A stretch of 52,621 nt of DNA. Origin: an uncultured Planctomycetia bacterium. GTDB lineage: Bacteria > Omnitrophota > Gorgyraeia > Gorgyraeales > Gorgyraeaceae. The DNA lies in NCBI GenBank assembly GCA_964445715.1, contig CAYULJ010000001.1, forward strand, positions 1 through 52,621, read 5' to 3'. The translations under genes and the position numbers were made by a program. The notes beneath the pieces were generated by a model that saw only the letters and a list, made by a program, of their open reading frames with translations, made no database searches and was not told the DNA's origin. Positions 52,106 to 52,621 of this stretch are shown one piece after another. Position 1 is the stretch's first letter; every line of letters begins with the position of its first letter.

Positions 52106-52139
52106 CTTTACACTTCAACAATGTTAAAGTGTATACTTA
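52103..52139 (+). repeat. Palindromic element E1 (degraded copy), starts at the stop codon of the giant ORF
   Basis: The sequence is TAACTTTACAC-TTCAACAATGTTAAA-GTGTATACTTA. The 11-nt arms pair at 9 of 11 positions around a 15-nt loop. It shares about 29 of 34 positions with E2. An alternative inner fold is TACACTT/AAGTGTA (52109-52133). Confidence 0.7.
52107..52137 (+). promoter_or_regulatory. Weak sigma-70-like promoter candidate embedded in E1
   Basis: TTTACA (52107-52112) and TATACT (52132-52137) are separated by 19 nt. The same geometry exists in E2 (TTTACA 52561-52566, TAAAGT 52586-52591). The promoter consensus of the host is unknown. Confidence 0.2.
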
Positions 52140-52158
52140 TTTCAGTAGGTAGACATTA

Positions 52159-52163
52159 AAGGA
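52159..52163 (+). promoter_or_regulatory. Shine-Dalgarno-like AAGGA for the 129-aa ORF
   Basis: AAGGA lies 6 nt upstream of the GTG at 52170. Confidence 0.4.
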
Positions 52164-52169
52164 TACTTA

Positions 52170-52559
52170 GTGAATAAGATCAAATATGGCGTCAAAAATG
52201 TTGCTCAGGTTGTATCGGGTTTTGGCGAAGTTTACCCTTGCGTATGCACAGATGATGGGATCTTGTTTGCGGATAAGATAGATGCACTGAATAAAAAAGA
52301 GAGGGCGAGGCATATCTATGACGTTATCTTTATGCTTTCTAACAAATATCCTATAGATAGAGTTTTTTTGAAACGTCTTGGCATAAAGAAAGAGCCTTTC
52401 GAGGTTATTTCTGATAGGATAAAAAGCTTTTCAAAAAAGGATTTGAGAAAACAGGACGAGACATTAAGGCCTTTTCTCTTTGATGAGAGCGAAGCGGATC
52501 TAGTAGCAAATGCTGATGAAGTAATACCGAAATTATTGGAAAGATATATGGAGTCTTAA
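52170..52559 (+). CDS. Small ORF (129 aa), possible C-terminal remnant of an AbiEii/DUF1814-like nucleotidyltransferase toxin
   Basis: GTG at 52170 is preceded by AAGGA (52159-52163) with a 6-nt spacer; TAA at 52557-52559. KIDALNKKERARHIYDVIFML resembles the conserved C-terminal K..AL..R...RD.YD motif of AbiEii-type proteins. The N-terminal nucleotidyltransferase half is absent. The family call is from motif memory only. Confidence 0.5.
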   Translation: MNKIKYGVKNVAQVVSGFGEVYPCVCTDDGILFADKIDALNKKERARHIYDVIFMLSNKYPIDRVFLKRLGIKKEPFEVISDRIKSFSKKDLRKQDETLRPFLFDESEADLVANADEVIPKLLERYMES

Positions 52560-52595
52560 CTTTACACGTTAACATTGTTAAAGTGTAAAGTTAAG
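52555..52595 (+). repeat. Palindromic element E2 (perfect 13-bp arms), starts at the stop codon of the 129-aa ORF
   Basis: CTTAACTTTACAC (52555-52567) and GTGTAAAGTTAAG (52583-52595) are exact reverse complements around the 15-nt loop GTTAACATTGTTAAA. E2 lies 454 nt downstream of E1 in the same orientation. Confidence 0.8.
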
Positions 52596-52621
52596 GGGCC
52601 AGGCACGGTGCGTGGCACGAG

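Noticed and set aside
2-52105. NRPS/PKS megasynthase or RTX/Ig-repeat adhesin as the explanation for the gene size
   Set aside because: I saw no adenylation, condensation, ketosynthase or carrier-protein (LGG.S) motifs. Repeats account for only a small fraction of the length. The chain has dozens of TM helices and many unrelated enzyme folds.
2-52105. Open frame as an artefact of stop-codon reassignment, or an operon fused by sequencing errors
   Set aside because: The frame lacks all three standard stops, so no alternative code is needed. Removing every stop from dozens of separate genes while keeping one frame would require many coordinated errors. Domain boundaries show no intergenic-like spacers or RBS-start pairs that I could see. 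Read-level validation is still advisable.
52103-52139. E1 as the rho-independent terminator of the giant gene
   Set aside because: The stem is AT-rich with two mismatches and a 15-nt loop, and it is followed by only a short interrupted T run (cttatttc). A terminator role is possible but not supported strongly enough to annotate.
52555-52595. E2 (and E1) as integron attC sites
   Set aside because: TCTTAAC...GTTAAGG loosely resembles R''(RYYYAAC)...R'(GTTRRRY), and the element sits right after a cassette-sized ORF. However, it is only ~41 nt, shorter than typical attC sites, both core matches are imperfect, E1 lacks complementary cores, and no integrase is visible. I keep it only as a weak alternative.
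52596-52621. GC-rich tail ggggccaggcacggtgcgtggcacgag as the 5' end of a tRNA, tmRNA or other structured RNA
   Set aside because: It cannot be folded into an acceptor stem plus D-arm: position 8 is not U and CACG-GTG-CGTG leaves a 3-nt loop. It matches no 5' end of tmRNA, SRP or RNase P that I remember. At 26 nt it is too short to call.
1-52621. CRISPR arrays, IS elements, transposases, integrases, rRNA and tRNA genes
   Set aside because: There are no short regularly spaced direct repeats, no terminal inverted repeats flanking a transposase-like ORF, and no recombinase motifs in any frame. No structured-RNA-like GC islands occur apart from the unresolved last 26 nt.

Overview
The window is essentially one gene. 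A single + strand frame (frame 2) has no stop codon from the first full codon (nt 2) to the TAA at 52103-52105. That is at least 17,367 codons, about 1.9 MDa at ~110 Da per residue. The frame is still open at the 5' edge, so the real gene is larger and the ORF-track TTG start at 188 is not the true start. The product reads as a mosaic, multi-pass membrane giant. At least 15 clusters of apolar helices separate two kinds of content. (i) The N-proximal part carries three GH5-like (clan GH-A) glycoside hydrolase barrels, five paralogous CBM-like beta-sandwich modules, about five diverged ~100-aa tandem repeats and a perfect in-frame 1,755-bp tandem duplication. (ii) The C-proximal part has a membrane-embedded GT2 processive-synthase-like core followed by enzymes and regulators that are normally free-standing. 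These are an HD(-GYP-like) domain, a ROK/polyphosphate-glucokinase-like kinase, a sugar-1-P nucleotidylyltransferase with left-handed beta-helix, a CofD/YvcK-like domain, a possible HAD-IIB domain, HEAT repeats, a CCA/poly(A)-polymerase-type nucleotidyltransferase, an LMW-PTP, a LuxR/sigma-r4-like HTH, two tandem PGI-like domains with complementary active-site losses, and a GNAT. Short HExxH zincin-like modules recur along the chain (four intact, one degenerate), which suggests a self-processing polyprotein. Downstream lies a 129-codon GTG-started ORF, possibly an AbiEii-like remnant. It is bracketed by two copies of a 37-41-nt palindromic element, each starting at the stop codon of the preceding ORF. 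I saw no rRNA, tRNA, CRISPR array, transposase or IS ends. All family calls were made by eye from motifs in the translation and no search was run. Large stretches (about 5.9-7.8, 18.3-19.7, 41.9-43.8 and 46.8-48.5 kb) have no family I can recognise. The architecture resembles giant genes reported from Omnitrophota-type metagenomic genomes, but taxonomy cannot be established from this window.
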